Shown: piece by piece, positions 50,141-59,691 of the stretch
How positions within the stretch are numbered: the stretch's first letter is position 1
Layout of the letters: each line of letters starts with the position of its first letter
NCBI GenBank assembly: GCA_021647705.1
Contig: JAKIUF010000004.1
Location: 74,878 to 138,877 of the forward strand
Length of the DNA stretch: 64,000 nucleotides
Direction: 5' to 3'
Source of the DNA: Gammaproteobacteria bacterium
Lineage (GTDB): Bacteria; Pseudomonadota; Gammaproteobacteria; SZUA-152
Position numbers and translations under genes: made by a program
Notes under the pieces: model-generated
Told to the model about the DNA's origin: nothing
What the model saw: only the letters and a program-made list of their open reading frames with translations
Databases searched by the model: none

Positions 50141-50741
50141 CGATTGTGCCGCTTGCCACCTTCGATATCCAAAAAATAAATAGAAACCTTGAGCTTATGT
50201 GCTTTCTTAAGTTTCTCGTTATCAAGCAAAAGGTTGTCGCCTTTGCCCAAAACATGGTTTTCACTGTGTTTTTCTGTACAAATAGAAACCCAAGAGACTT
50301 CTTGACAGGACTCATTACCCGATCTTGAAAAAATAATGATGGCTAAAGAATGCCCATGTTCCTGAATATTCCCTTGCGACACCAGCTTTTCATATTACCG
50401 ATAAAACTCACCATTACTTGCAAAATGCAAAGCAAATTGAAAATTTGTACCTTTTCAATATTTCGACCTATAAGGGAAACCGCTAAACCAATCAGTATTA
50501 TCCCGAAAAACACTAACAATGCTCCACCTGCTTCTGATCGTCCCCGCGCTGCATAAAAAGCAACCACCCATGCGTGTAAATTCCGTATTTTTCTGTGTTC
50601 CCGAACAAACCAAAGGAAAGCTGAGCATTTATTGTACACTTTCAATGCAGGCCAAATAATTATAGGAACCCATTGGCATGATCATTGCTGACATATTCAA
50701 AAGACCTGTTCCAGTTATTGGCATGTCACGAGGGAACCTCT

Positions 50742-51140
50742 ATGTTTTTTATCGCAAATAAGAAAAAAGTGCTCATTATCGATGATGACCCCAGTCTACA
50801 ACGACTACTGCATGCTCGCCTGGAAAGGCACGAGAATGTAAAGATCATAAAAGCAATGGATGGAAAAAACGGTCTTATACAGGCCAGCCTCCATAATCCT
50901 GATTTAATCATCCTGGACTGGATGTTACCGGACATCCAGGGGATTGAGGTTCTTGAACGCCTCAAATGCGAAAGAAAAACAAAAAACACCCCGGTATTAA
51001 TGCTCACTGGGTGCAATAAAACCGGTAACATCGAAGATGCTTTTTATCTTGGGGCTGATGCTTACCTCACCAAAACTGCTTCTTTACAGATATTAGGAAA
51101 GAAAGTCGATGAAATGCTGAGTTCATCCCGTTCGTATTAG
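50742..51140 (+). CDS. single-domain response regulator receiver (CheY-like)
   Basis: KKKVLIIDDDPS...LIILDWMLPD...LTGC...DAYLTKT. Confidence 0.8.
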   Translation: MFFIANKKKVLIIDDDPSLQRLLHARLERHENVKIIKAMDGKNGLIQASLHNPDLIILDWMLPDIQGIEVLERLKCERKTKNTPVLMLTGCNKTGNIEDAFYLGADAYLTKTASLQILGKKVDEMLSSSRSY

Positions 51141-51396
51141 GGATCATTCAAACGAGTCAAGCCAACGTATCTCCTGCCGATACCAAAGACACATTCTGGA
51201 TAGCAATATCATTCCCTATGACAACCTCAAACGTCACTATATCTATAGTGTTTGAGACTCAGGTGTTAAGTGTGCGTCATATCCATCATATGACTCCACT
51301 AAAAGCAGACGATCTTCGACTAGGAAAATAATACGCAACAGAAAAACCATTTTACAAAATTTAATGCATCCATGGAATAAAGAGAGCATGTGACCA

Positions 51397-54300
51397 ATGC
51401 CAGAGTCTCAAATGCTATGGTTGCCTCAGTACTTGCCGTTCAATAGAAAGATATCTTTCCAAAATAAAAGTCTGCGAGAAGCGTTTCTACAAAATGTATT
51501 ATTGACCCGGTTACTGGAGCCGTTTGAAAACATGCGCAATACATTAACTAATATATTCGCAACAAAGACAAGTAATACCAGTAGCCAAATTCCCACATCC
51601 CTGACTGTGGGGATTTTACTCGTCTGTGTGATGCCTTTTGTGCTCACACTTCTAGGTATGGATTTCGGGACTCGTGGTATACCCGTTGATCATTCATGGG
51701 CACTACAAGCGCCAGAATATGATGTGATTGATGCCCAGTTTCGCGCACTGTCCGGTGCCTTTACCCACACGCTACTGGAATGGAGTGCATTCTGTGTGGC
51801 AACCTTCGTGGTATTTCTGGCTTTCAGCCACTACAAAATCACCCATGATGTCACCACTCCTATTATTGGTGTCGCTTTTTTCATGGCAGGCTGCATGGAT
51901 GCTTTTCATACTTTGGCGGCAGACCGACTATTCGATGCAGTAGCAGACAACCACGACCTGATTCCTTTTACTTGGGCTATTTCCCGTTTGTTCAGCGCAC
52001 TCATTATGATCATTGGTGTGGGCATTGTGTTATTCCGCAACCCGGAAACCAATAAAAAACCCGGTTTTGGTTTTGTTATCGGCATCAGTCTGCTTTTTGG
52101 AATAGCTGCCTATATCATTATTCATATTTCCGCCACATCCACCCAACTGCCACAAACAACTTACCCTGATGCTATTTTAACACGACCATACGATGCCTTA
52201 CCGTTGGTACTGTTTGCTTTTGCCGGGTTAATAATATTTCCCCGCCTGTATAAACGTCATCCAAGTTTGTTCGCTTATACGCTCATTATCAGTGCAGTAC
52301 CGGAAGTTATCACCCAGCTGCATATGACTTTTGGCTCCACAGCACTGTTCGATAATCATTTTAATATCGCCCATTTTCTGAAAATCGTTGCCTATACCGT
52401 TCCTCTCATTGGCCTGACCCTGGATTATATCCGTGCTCAGCAAACATTGCAGCTGGAAATCGCAGAACGCATGGAAGCAGAAAGTGCATTAAAAATCATC
52501 GAAACCCGTCAGCGTACTATTCTGGAAACAGTGGCTGATGCCATCATCACTATCAATAAAAAAGGCATCATTCAAACATTCAATCCCGCTGCTGAGAAAA
52601 TTTTCGGTTACCCTGCTGCCGAAGCGTTAGGGAATAATATATCCATGCTTCTGCCGGAAAAAGAACAAAAGGAACACGACTGCTATGTCATAAATTCTCA
52701 ACTACATTCTCCCCGCATTTTCAATCAAGACCGTGAGCTACAAGGGCGACGTAAAGATGGTTCTCTATTACCGCTGGAACTCAATATCGCACCAATGAGA
52801 CTAGAGAAAGAACAAGGATTTGTTGGCGTCCTGCGTGATATCACTGAACGTAAAAAAAATGAAAGTGCGTTACAAAGTGCGATAGAAAAAGCCGAGGCGG
52901 CCAGTCAGGCCAAATCTCTTTTTTTAGCGACCATGAGCCATGAAATTCGTACTCCGATGAATGCTGTATTAGGCATTCTTGGCCTGCTCAAGGAAAGCAC
53001 TCTGAATAACCAACAGCGGCATTTAGTACACACGGGTCGTGAATCTGGTGAACTGCTGCTGACAATTATCAATGACATCCTCGACTTTTCCAAAATGGAG
53101 GCTGACAAGCTGCAATTGGAGCACACTTGTTTTGATCTTCATCGCTTACTGACTAACAGTATTGAGCTGCTCAAACTACAGGCTGAACGTAAAGGGCTTA
53201 TCCTTGAACTGAACCTCGATTCAGACTTGCCACGGTATGCCAAAGGTGACCCGGACCGGCTACGCCAAATTTTGCTCAAACTAGGTAATAATGCGACTAA
53301 ATTTACCCGCGATGGCCGGATTAACATTAGCGCCTCCGCTGCTCGCATTAATGATACAGCGTTCACCCTCCACTGTACCGTACAAGACACGGGCATTGGT
53401 ATTTCCCAAGAACACCAAGCTACCTTGTTCGAAGAATTCACAATGGCAGACCAGGGACACACCAGAACCCACGAAGGAACGGGACTGGGACTCGCCATTT
53501 GTAAACGCCTGGTCTCACTCATGCAGGGCAGTATTAACATGAGTAGTGAAGCTGGAAAAGGCAGCCTCTTCTTCTTTGATGTGAAGCTCGAATTGGCAAC
53601 AGAACAGGAATGTGGCAACGCACAAGCAATAATGAAACCACAGCAACTGCCTCCAACCAATACACGTATTCTGTTAGCAGAAGATAACCCCGCTAATCAG
53701 ATGGTGATCAAAAATATCCTGGAATCTTCTAACTTGCGAGTCGATATTGTTGCCAACGGTCGTGAAGCCATTGAGGCCGTACGCCATCTACCTTACGACA
53801 TCGTACTAATGGATATTTCCATGCCGGAAATGGATGGCATAACAGCGACGCGGGAAATTCGCCAACTCCCCGGAAAAATGAGCAAACTTCCCATTATTGC
53901 TCTTACCGCTCATTCACTCTCAGGGGATAAAGAACGCTTTCTTGCGGCAGGCATGGATGAGTACCTGAGCAAACCCATAGACCGCGCCGCCATGTTACAC
54001 TGCATCGCCCACTGTATCGGTAAAACCATAGAACAAAAAACCATCGAACAAAAACCTCAACCAGACTCAGTGATACCACAACCCAACACACCTCCTGCCA
54101 ATACCACAGATAATCATATGGATCCGTTTGTAGATGAAAGTGTACTGCAACAACTGACGCACGACACTGCCCCCGAAATCGTTCCTGGACTACTGATGTT
54201 TTACATCGAGGATGCCCGCAAGCGGGTAGAACAAATCCAGAATGCCATCATAAAAAAAGATATTGAAGCCCTGGAATTTGAAAGCCATACATTAGGCAGT

Positions 54301-54495
54301 AGCGCTGCGGCTCACAGCAACGCAAAACTGTGCGCTCTGGCACGAAAAATAGAATGTCTTTGCCAGGAAGGTGCCTATCAACAAGCACTATCGGAAGCTG
54401 CGTCGTTATCATCCATTGCCAATGAGTCTTTCCGTCAGCTGGCAGAGCGTGCCAACAAGAAATTTGAAATAACCAATAAAGAAGAAAAAACATGA
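51397..54495 (+). CDS. hybrid sensor histidine kinase (about 8-TM N-terminal domain, PAS, HisKA, HATPase, REC, Hpt)
   Basis: Multi-TM N-terminal ~340 aa; PAS LETVADAIITINKKGIIQTFN; H-box ATMSHEIRTPMN; REC plus Hpt ESHTLGSSA; C-terminal 600 aa about 70% identical to the 47789 kinase. Confidence 0.9.
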   Translation: MPESQMLWLPQYLPFNRKISFQNKSLREAFLQNVLLTRLLEPFENMRNTLTNIFATKTSNTSSQIPTSLTVGILLVCVMPFVLTLLGMDFGTRGIPVDHSWALQAPEYDVIDAQFRALSGAFTHTLLEWSAFCVATFVVFLAFSHYKITHDVTTPIIGVAFFMAGCMDAFHTLAADRLFDAVADNHDLIPFTWAISRLFSALIMIIGVGIVLFRNPETNKKPGFGFVIGISLLFGIAAYIIIHISATSTQLPQTTYPDAILTRPYDALPLVLFAFAGLIIFPRLYKRHPSLFAYTLIISAVPEVITQLHMTFGSTALFDNHFNIAHFLKIVAYTVPLIGLTLDYIRAQQTLQLEIAERMEAESALKIIETRQRTILETVADAIITINKKGIIQTFNPAAEKIFGYPAAEALGNNISMLLPEKEQKEHDCYVINSQLHSPRIFNQDRELQGRRKDGSLLPLELNIAPMRLEKEQGFVGVLRDITERKKNESALQSAIEKAEAASQAKSLFLATMSHEIRTPMNAVLGILGLLKESTLNNQQRHLVHTGRESGELLLTIINDILDFSKMEADKLQLEHTCFDLHRLLTNSIELLKLQAERKGLILELNLDSDLPRYAKGDPDRLRQILLKLGNNATKFTRDGRINISASAARINDTAFTLHCTVQDTGIGISQEHQATLFEEFTMADQGHTRTHEGTGLGLAICKRLVSLMQGSINMSSEAGKGSLFFFDVKLELATEQECGNAQAIMKPQQLPPTNTRILLAEDNPANQMVIKNILESSNLRVDIVANGREAIEAVRHLPYDIVLMDISMPEMDGITATREIRQLPGKMSKLPIIALTAHSLSGDKERFLAAGMDEYLSKPIDRAAMLHCIAHCIGKTIEQKTIEQKPQPDSVIPQPNTPPANTTDNHMDPFVDESVLQQLTHDTAPEIVPGLLMFYIEDARKRVEQIQNAIIKKDIEALEFESHTLGSSAAAHSNAKLCALARKIECLCQEGAYQQALSEAASLSSIANESFRQLAERANKKFEITNKEEKT

Positions 54496-55889
54496 GCGAT
54501 AAACCAAATGTACTTTTAGTGGAGGATGCAAAACCCCAGGCGGTACTCTTCCAGCAATATCTGAAAAATGAAATGATTAACCTGACCCATGTTGCTACAG
54601 GAGAGGATGCCAAGACAATCATTGCCACAAACCCACCTGATTTAATCCTGCTCGATCTTAAATTGCCGGATATGGAGGGACAGGAAATCCTGCGCTGGAT
54701 AAAACAGGAAAAGTTTCCCACATCTGTCATTATCATCACCGGCCACAGCTCAGTGGATGTTGCTGTAGATGTTATGCGCATCGGCGCAGAAGACTTTTTG
54801 GAAAAACCGGTCACTGCAAGCAGACTACAAATAACTGTCAGAAATCTGCTGGAACGGTCCCGCCTGCAACATTTAATTGATGACTACCAGAACACATTTG
54901 ATCGTCAACGCTACCACGGTTTTATCGGTTACAGTCTACCCATGCAAGCGGTCTACCGTATTATCGATGCCGCTGCTCCCAGTAAAGCTACCGTATTTAT
55001 TACGGGTGAAAGTGGTACTGGCAAAGAAGTTTGTGCCGAAGCAATCCACGCACAAGGCACCCGTGCCGAACACTCCTTTATCGCATTGAATTGTGCGGCC
55101 ATTCCCCACGACCTGATGGAGAGTGAAATTTTTGGGCACATTAAAGGTGCCTTTACTGGAGCTTCTGCCGAACGTAAGGGTGCCGCTTTACTTGCTAATG
55201 GCGGTACTTTATTTCTGGATGAAATTGGCGAAATGGATCTGGATCTGCAAACCAAATTATTGCGATTCATCCAAACCGGCAGCTTTCAAAAAGTTGGTGG
55301 CAGTAATCTGGAAAAAGTTGATGTGCGCTTTATTTGTGCCACCAACCGCGATCCACTGGAAGATATCGCTGCCGGACGCTTTAGAGAAGACCTCTACTAC
55401 CGGTTACATGTCGTTCCTTTGCATTTGCCACCTTTACGCGAACGTGGTGACGACATCATAGAAATTGCCCAGCACTTCCTGATTGCCTATGCGCAGGAAG
55501 AGGGCAAAGGGTTCACAACATTCACCCCTGAGGTCGAGGTTATTCTTCGTCGTTACAATTGGCCAGGAAATGTGCGCCAGCTACAAAATGTCATCCGTAA
55601 CATTGTCGTTCTGCACGATGAAAAATCCGTCACTCTGGCTCACCTTCCAGCACCACTCAACACGTCATTAAACAATCTGGAAATTTCTCATCTAACGCAA
55701 CCATTACAACAAACGGAGGCGACAGACAATCTCAAACATGCGCCAATAAAACCATTAGCCAGCGTCGAGCGTGATGTTATTGAACGAGCGATTAAAATCT
55801 GTGATGGCAATATCCCAAAAGCTGCCGCTCTGCTTGAAGTGAGCCCTTCAACAATATATCGGAAAAAGCAGGGTTGGGAGTCAACCTGA
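54492..55889 (+). CDS. sigma54-dependent NtrC-family response regulator (REC, AAA+, HTH)
   Basis: GESGTGKE Walker A; GAFTGA sigma54-contact motif; C-terminal Fis-type HTH; 4-nt overlap with the upstream kinase. Confidence 0.9.
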   Translation: MSDKPNVLLVEDAKPQAVLFQQYLKNEMINLTHVATGEDAKTIIATNPPDLILLDLKLPDMEGQEILRWIKQEKFPTSVIIITGHSSVDVAVDVMRIGAEDFLEKPVTASRLQITVRNLLERSRLQHLIDDYQNTFDRQRYHGFIGYSLPMQAVYRIIDAAAPSKATVFITGESGTGKEVCAEAIHAQGTRAEHSFIALNCAAIPHDLMESEIFGHIKGAFTGASAERKGAALLANGGTLFLDEIGEMDLDLQTKLLRFIQTGSFQKVGGSNLEKVDVRFICATNRDPLEDIAAGRFREDLYYRLHVVPLHLPPLRERGDDIIEIAQHFLIAYAQEEGKGFTTFTPEVEVILRRYNWPGNVRQLQNVIRNIVVLHDEKSVTLAHLPAPLNTSLNNLEISHLTQPLQQTEATDNLKHAPIKPLASVERDVIERAIKICDGNIPKAAALLEVSPSTIYRKKQGWEST

Positions 55890-56834
55890 TTTACGGCATT
55901 GCATAACATCGAAACTTATAGCTTCGGAGCGATCAATAAACATCTGCAATCCCTGGGCTAAGGTATACTTAGCCGTTACACCTAAAGCCTGTTGCGCATA
56001 ACCAGGATCGCCAACTGATACACGTATATCACCTTTGCGTGTTGATTGGTATACAACCGGTACTTGCAGTGCGGTAATCGACATCACTGTTTTTGCAAGC
56101 TGATTGATCGTAACAGCCTCACCAGTACAAACATTAAATACAGTGGGAGTGCGGTTTATATTTTTCATGGAGACACATAAAAACCGCACAACATCTCCAA
56201 CATAAATAAAGTCACGAGTCTGTTCTCCATCACCAAAAATAGTCAACGCCTGATGATTCATGATCCGATCCACAAAAATTGAAATAACGCCCGAGTAGAA
56301 TGAGGCAGGGTTTTGACGTGGTCCATAGACATTAAAGAAGCGCATACCCGTGGTGGGAACACCATGTACTAATGATGCAACTTGCGCATGCAATTCCGAA
56401 CCAAGTTTATCGGCCCCGTAGGCTACCAGAGGGCTTACCGCCGAACTTTCCTTCAAGGGAATATCGGCATTATCACCATAAACTGCGGCGGACGAGGCAT
56501 ACACCACTGGTATTCTTTTTTCTTTGGCCGCATCAAATACGTTAATTGTGCCAGTCAAGTTTACCTGATGAGTGCGAACCCAGTCTTCATTGGATTGTTG
56601 TACTGAGGCAATAGCCGCAAGGTGGAAACACCCATCCATATCTCGCATACAGTGACGAACCGTTTCACTGTCAGCAACATCTCCCGTAATAACTTCACAT
56701 TGAGGTGGAACATTCTCCATCTTACCGGTGGAAAAATCATCAAGGATACGTACCTGATGACCATCCTTCAGCAGACTTTCAGCCAAGTGTGAACCAATAA
56801 AACCACAACCACCGGTAACCAGATAATTTGCCAT
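55881..56834 (-). CDS. NAD-dependent nucleotide-sugar epimerase/dehydratase
   Basis: Start taken at MANYLVTGGCGFIGSHL (Rossmann GxxGxxG); YASSAAVYG catalytic region. Confidence 0.8.
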   Translation of the reverse strand: MANYLVTGGCGFIGSHLAESLLKDGHQVRILDDFSTGKMENVPPQCEVITGDVADSETVRHCMRDMDGCFHLAAIASVQQSNEDWVRTHQVNLTGTINVFDAAKEKRIPVVYASSAAVYGDNADIPLKESSAVSPLVAYGADKLGSELHAQVASLVHGVPTTGMRFFNVYGPRQNPASFYSGVISIFVDRIMNHQALTIFGDGEQTRDFIYVGDVVRFLCVSMKNINRTPTVFNVCTGEAVTINQLAKTVMSITALQVPVVYQSTRKGDIRVSVGDPGYAQQALGVTAKYTLAQGLQMFIDRSEAISFDVMQCRKSG

Positions 56835-56867
56835 TTTATACACTCTCTTTAATTTAGGTATTTGATA

Positions 56868-56950
56868 TTAATTAATCACTGAAAACATACCGGGATACGG
56901 TATTTTCAGTAACTAAAGTGCGAAAGAAAGATTTAGCCCTTAATTCACAC
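56868..56950. repeat. degenerate MITE fragment (terminal-repeat-like end plus CTGAAAATACCG hairpin)
   Basis: TTTAGCCCTTAATTCACA at 56931-56950; cactgaaaacataccgg..cggtattttcag resembles 32620-32640. Confidence 0.45.
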
Positions 56951-57227
56951 CTTACCTGCACGATAGGCAAGCGGCATGCCAAGCTAAAATAAGCAGGATT
57001 CAGGTTGTTTTTCAGAATACTGGAGAATGGTAGGCGACACTCTGCATTGCACTTTGCGGCAGTAGGTGTCGATTCTTGCAATCTGCACCCTTTAATAATG
57101 CGCATTAATATCACAATATCGTTAATTTAAGCGAAGTTTTCTGCATGTTACAAATAATCGGTAAGCTTGCTGTCCCCAACAGCGTTGATATTAATATTTT
57201 ACCCTGATCGATTTACGCAAATAAAAA

Positions 57228-57243
57228 CGGCATCAATATTGCA
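57228..57243 (+). promoter_or_regulatory. candidate sigma54 promoter (CGGCAT-N5-TTGCA)
   Basis: GG and GC spaced 12 nt apart; -12 element TTGCA exact; 30 nt upstream of the GT4 gene start. Confidence 0.45.
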
Positions 57244-57272
57244 GCTATATCTATAAAAAAATAAGGATTGAC

Positions 57273-58289
57273 ATGGAACAAAAAAATAACGGTATCTGGA
57301 TTTTATTGGATAGCCGAAAACCGGGTGGTATCGAATCCCATGTACTGCAATTGGCCAGGGGATTACATAACCATAATAAAAACGTAACTGTGGTCTTTCT
57401 TACTCACTATGGGAATCATCCATTGCGCGTTGACCTTCAGCAGTTTGGCATCAACACCCTCTGTCTGGATGGGCGTATCACCACGTTGTGGAGAGAAATA
57501 CAAAAAGCACAACCGTTGATTCTTCACACACACGGTTACAAAGCGGGAATTTTGGGTCGCATTGTCGCCATGTTCTGTAAAATTCCGGTTGCATCCACAT
57601 ATCATGCTGGTGAAGTTTCATCCGGAAAAATGAACATATATGACTGGCTGGACCGGAAAACCGCTTGCCTTGCTTCCAGTGTCTTTGCCGTTAGTCCACA
57701 AATTGCACAACGTTTACCTGTCAATGCTAAGGTGGTTGATAATTTTGTTGATTGTAATCACCTGAAAATGTCGAACGGACAGCAAATTGCTTTTGTGGGA
57801 CGACTTAGCTCAGAAAAAGGCCCCGATTATTTTTTGAGATTGGCCAGTCGATTTCCAGAATGCCATTTCCATGTTTATGGCGATGGACCACAGACAAAAG
57901 AACTAAAAATCTCTGCATCCGGAAACCTCTATTTTCACGGCCAACAGCATGACATGACATCGATCTGGCCCCGGATTGGGCTTCTGGTTATGCCTTCACG
58001 TCACGAGGGTATGCCCATGGCAGCACTGGAAGCGATGGCTCAAGGCATTCCGGTACTGGCTTCCCGCATCGGAGCACTCGACCAACTGGTCGATACCAAC
58101 AGCAATGGTTGGTTGGTAGCACCAGGAAATGATGATGAGCTGGCAGACCGTTTGCAATTATGGCTTAGCATGAGTGAACAGAAAAAATATTTATTCAAAC
58201 AGGCTGCAAGGCAAACAATCTTGCAACGTTTTTCTGCCGATATCGCCATACCGCAACTCATCTTCAACTACGGGCAGATCGCAAGCTGA
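57273..58289 (+). CDS. glycosyltransferase family 4
   Basis: EGMPMAALEAMAQGIPVLASRIG is the GT4 motif. Confidence 0.8.
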   Translation: MEQKNNGIWILLDSRKPGGIESHVLQLARGLHNHNKNVTVVFLTHYGNHPLRVDLQQFGINTLCLDGRITTLWREIQKAQPLILHTHGYKAGILGRIVAMFCKIPVASTYHAGEVSSGKMNIYDWLDRKTACLASSVFAVSPQIAQRLPVNAKVVDNFVDCNHLKMSNGQQIAFVGRLSSEKGPDYFLRLASRFPECHFHVYGDGPQTKELKISASGNLYFHGQQHDMTSIWPRIGLLVMPSRHEGMPMAALEAMAQGIPVLASRIGALDQLVDTNSNGWLVAPGNDDELADRLQLWLSMSEQKKYLFKQAARQTILQRFSADIAIPQLIFNYGQIAS

Positions 58290-58387
58290 TTGCAATCTGC
58301 GAAGCAAACCAGAAAAACATACTGATAAAAATAATATTTCTTATTATTTTTCGATGAAAATCAATTAACAAACCTCATTACAGCGCT

Positions 58388-58403
58388 TGGCTCGTCTCTT
58401 GCA
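58388..58403 (+). promoter_or_regulatory. candidate sigma54 promoter (TGGCTC-N5-TTGCA)
   Basis: 11 of 12 consensus positions with correct spacing; ~137 nt upstream of the next glycosyltransferase. Confidence 0.45.
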
Positions 58404-58539
58404 AACCCTTTGATTACAGAGCATTTAGCCATTCAGGGTATCCGTATGCAATTACATCATATCAACCACCAGAGTATCGTCCTTACCTTTTTTCATCATT
58501 GGGCCGCACACGAAACAAATACCCCAATAAGGTCACATT

Positions 58540-59691
58540 ATGCGCTCTAAACGCCACTTACTGGTTATCGATCCCATCGCTTTCACAGGTGGATCAAAAA
58601 TTGCCACCGAAAATATTTTACGCCTACTCGATAGCGAACAAATACGCATCACTATTCTGACAGCAGATGCCGACTCATGGCATTGGCCACAACTAAAACG
58701 AGTGCGCCTGATTGAACCCAAATGGCTATCCCGGCAGGAACAAGGCATTCCTTATTTCCTGCGCCATCTGTTCATTGCCTTTCAACTGATGTTGACACGC
58801 TTACGTTTTGGTCGATTAGATATTACTATGGGCGCGTCAGGTCCCGGAGTTGATCTGGCACTTTATTTGTTAAAACCTGTTTTGGGATTTTGTCTTGTAC
58901 AATTAATACATGGCCCGGTTGCCCGTTCTCGCACTATTGCCCGCTGTCTACACGCGGCGAATGAAGTTCATTATTTAGAAAGTACGGCCGCTTCCCTGAT
59001 TGATGCACTACACACGCTTACTTCTACACAACATAAACTCACAGCACCCCATTTTCAAATCATGCAAAATGGTCTACCCGGTCATGCTTGGCCAAGCCGC
59101 TGCCAAAACAAGCGTCCTGTTATTTTCTGGGCTGCTTCACTACTGAAATGGAAGGGACTGGAAACGCTGCTCGATGCATTAAAACTTCTTGAAACCGGGA
59201 CACGCCCCGACACTCATATCTGTTATATACGACCTCAAAAAAACCCACTGCCAATAAGTGATGCCCCAGTGACACTTGATGCGGTGTACTGGCATGAAAA
59301 TCCTGTGCATCTGGATAAAATACGTGCCACCGCTAATATCTTCGTTTCCACCAGTCATCATGAACCCTTTGGTCTTTCCATACTGGAAGCCATGGCGGCG
59401 GGTCACTGTATATTGATCCCCGCAGATGATGCCTACTGGGATCGCACTCTGAAAAACAATATCAACTGTATCAAATACAGCCCGGGCGATACGATGGATC
59501 TGGCCAACAAGCTACGTTCTCTCAGTTGTGACATGGAACGCATCCGAAACCTGGGAAGTGCTGCCGCCAAAATAGCTTGTCACTATCGCGCTGAAACCCG
59601 ATACGCCACAATTAAAAATTCCCTGCAAGGACAAATAACGTCTCAAGAGAATGGGCAAACCACCCAGGCAAATACGGAAAATATTCCATGA
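58540..59691 (+). CDS. glycosyltransferase (GT4/GT1-like)
   Basis: HHEPFGLSILEAMAAGHCILIP is the E..7E-like motif. Confidence 0.7.
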   Translation: MRSKRHLLVIDPIAFTGGSKIATENILRLLDSEQIRITILTADADSWHWPQLKRVRLIEPKWLSRQEQGIPYFLRHLFIAFQLMLTRLRFGRLDITMGASGPGVDLALYLLKPVLGFCLVQLIHGPVARSRTIARCLHAANEVHYLESTAASLIDALHTLTSTQHKLTAPHFQIMQNGLPGHAWPSRCQNKRPVIFWAASLLKWKGLETLLDALKLLETGTRPDTHICYIRPQKNPLPISDAPVTLDAVYWHENPVHLDKIRATANIFVSTSHHEPFGLSILEAMAAGHCILIPADDAYWDRTLKNNINCIKYSPGDTMDLANKLRSLSCDMERIRNLGSAAAKIACHYRAETRYATIKNSLQGQITSQENGQTTQANTENIP

